The notes below the pieces were generated by a model. That model saw only the letters and a list, made by a program, of their open reading frames with translations. It searched no databases and was not told where the DNA came from. DNA of 61,961 nt, counting the filler, from Deltaproteobacteria bacterium (GTDB taxonomy: Bacteria; CG2-30-53-67): NCBI GenBank assembly GCA_013151235.1. It is 3 parts of 3 records of this genome, joined end to end, with 100 filler letters (N's around TTAATTAATTAA, not from the genome) between each part and the next. Parts side by side here need not be neighbours in the genome. Positions count along the whole stretch, not along the records: positions 47,881 to 61,961 come from JAADIO010000070.1; 2 more parts are not named here. One strand, 5' to 3'. The translations under genes were made by a program, and so were the position numbers. Positions 60,533-61,961 of the stretch are shown here, in pieces. Position 1 is the first letter of the stretch; each line of letters starts with the position of its first letter.

Positions 60533-61474
60533 ATGGGACAGGCGGATAATGTGAAAAAGATCGGTGCGGCACGGTTTTCCGTGGGGGCCGCCCTCGGTCT
60601 TGCCGTTCTGAAATTAACGACCGGTTTTCTGCTTCATTCCCTTGGGATGATCTCAGCCGGTGTTGATTCTCTCATGGATCTCATTGCTTCCGGGATCAAT
60701 TATTTCTCCATGAAGCAGGCGATCAAACCGGCCGACCGGGAACATCCCTACGGTCATGGGAAGATCGAGAATATCGCCTCTCTCTTCCAGGCGGGGATCA
60801 TCGGTCTGGCCGGGTTGTTGCTGATGGGGGAGGGGATTCGCCGGATGCTGCTTGTCGAGGCCGTTCCCGTCTTCGATGTGGGGATCTTTGTGATGGCTCT
60901 TTCCGGCGTGATCAGTTATCTTGTGGGAAGACGTCTGGCCCGGTTCGCCCGGATGACCGATTCCCCCCTTCTTGCAGCCGACGCCCTCCATTTCACCATC
61001 GATACCTGGACCAATACCGGCGTTGTGCTGGCCCTGCTTCTTTCCCGATGGAGTGGAAAAATCTTCTTCGACCGGGCGGCGGCAATCCTGATCGGAGGCT
61101 GGATCCTCTATGCCGCACTGAAGCTCTTTCGGAATGCCCTCGCCGCCCTGATGGATCAGAACATCTCCCCGGAAATGGAGGAAAAAATCGACCGGATCAT
61201 CCTCGATCATTGCGAGGAGATCATCGGTTATCATCGGATGCGGACCCGGCGGTCGGGTTCAAAGAAGATGATCGATCTTCATCTGGTGATCTGCAAGGAT
61301 ATCACTCTTGACGAAGCACACGGAATTACGGAGGAGCTGGAGAAAAAGATTGAAGAGGATATCAATAACTCCGACGTGATGATCCATATCGAGCCCTGTG
61401 ACATGGAATGCCCCCGGATACGGGAGCAGTGCCTCTACAAGACCGAACCTTCCTCCCCCGCAGATGGGTCTTGA
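60533..61474 (+). CDS. Cation diffusion facilitator (FieF-like)
   Basis: DSLMD, KPADREHPYGHGKIE, ADALH..ID, cytosolic domain HRMRTR...DLHL...AH...IHIEP. Confidence 0.93.
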   Translation: MGQADNVKKIGAARFSVGAALGLAVLKLTTGFLLHSLGMISAGVDSLMDLIASGINYFSMKQAIKPADREHPYGHGKIENIASLFQAGIIGLAGLLLMGEGIRRMLLVEAVPVFDVGIFVMALSGVISYLVGRRLARFARMTDSPLLAADALHFTIDTWTNTGVVLALLLSRWSGKIFFDRAAAILIGGWILYAALKLFRNALAALMDQNISPEMEEKIDRIILDHCEEIIGYHRMRTRRSGSKKMIDLHLVICKDITLDEAHGITEELEKKIEEDINNSDVMIHIEPCDMECPRIREQCLYKTEPSSPADGS

Positions 61475-61681
61475 TCACTCATCGGCCACCGGGACCCCTT
61501 TGATCTTCTGACCGAAAACAAATTTTTTCTTCGGATTTGCCGAGGTCATAAAATGATGGTGACCGCAGATCGGGCATTTGTAGAAGTAGCTTTCGCTCAG
61601 GATCGAAAAGTTGTCGATCCCGTTGGATTCATAATTCATGCTGGCCTTGTACATGGTTGAAGAACACTTGGGGCAGGTCAT
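61475..61681 (-). CDS. Small zinc-finger protein
   Basis: MTCPKC...YKCPICG, with an AAGGAG RBS and a TTGACT-16-TATAAT promoter at 61751-61778. Confidence 0.7.
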   Translation of the reverse strand: MTCPKCSSTMYKASMNYESNGIDNFSILSESYFYKCPICGHHHFMTSANPKKKFVFGQKIKGVPVADE

Positions 61682-61782
61682 CGTTCGCTCCTTTATCAGA
61701 AAACGGTTTATCTATAAGTCTACAAAGTAGAGTAATTTGATCCTGTTTGTATTATATAGCGGTTTTTCCAAAAGTCAAGGAG

Positions 61783-61961
61783 GATGCTCTCGTAAAAAGT
61801 CGTTTTCCGGATTCCGTTCATGGTTCGACAGGCTTCCGAGCATGGTGAGCTTGCCGAACCACACGAACGGAATATCAATCACTTACACCGTTCGCCCTGA
61901 GCACGCCTGTCCTGAGCTGGTCGAAGGGTCGAAGGGCTTCGTGACTTTTTACGACACCATC
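61783..61961. mobile_element. MITE family A copy at the window end
   Basis: gatgctctcgtaaaaagtc...gactttttacgacaccatc with nested extra palindromic units. Confidence 0.88.

Overview
Chromosomal DNA of a moderately GC-rich bacterium whose gene order is deltaproteobacteria-like (Desulfobacterota-type; taxonomy is inference). It consists of three contigs joined by N-TTAATTAATTAA-N spacers at 30416-30515 and 47781-47880. Most of it is housekeeping: ispE-spoVG-tRNA-Gln-prs-rplY-pth-hppA; rpsU-yqeY-mutS2-dnaG-rpoD-tRNA-Ile2; nif3-like/Zn-ribbon/rnhA/rnpB; eno; hflX; ogt. Accessory content includes three type II toxin-antitoxin modules, a GH130/GT4 mannoside cluster, two GH57 enzymes, two multiheme cytochromes and a GAF-GGDEF-GAF-HD-GYP protein. 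Six signals are invisible in the ORF track. (1) selD carries an in-frame UGA at its catalytic Cys/Sec position. (2) A candidate small-selenoprotein cassette at 48019-48420 has three in-frame UGAs, two followed by SECIS-like hairpins. (3) Two sigma54-promoter-to-terminator ~90-100 nt non-coding units carry C-rich anti-Shine-Dalgarno motifs. (4) A c-di-GMP-I riboswitch lies upstream of a triheme cytochrome. (5) hflX probably starts at a non-canonical ATC codon. (6) A multi-copy ~132 bp MITE with 6-bp target duplications lands in 5' leaders and once just after a start codon. No CRISPR array, rRNA or transposase was seen. All coordinates were counted by hand.
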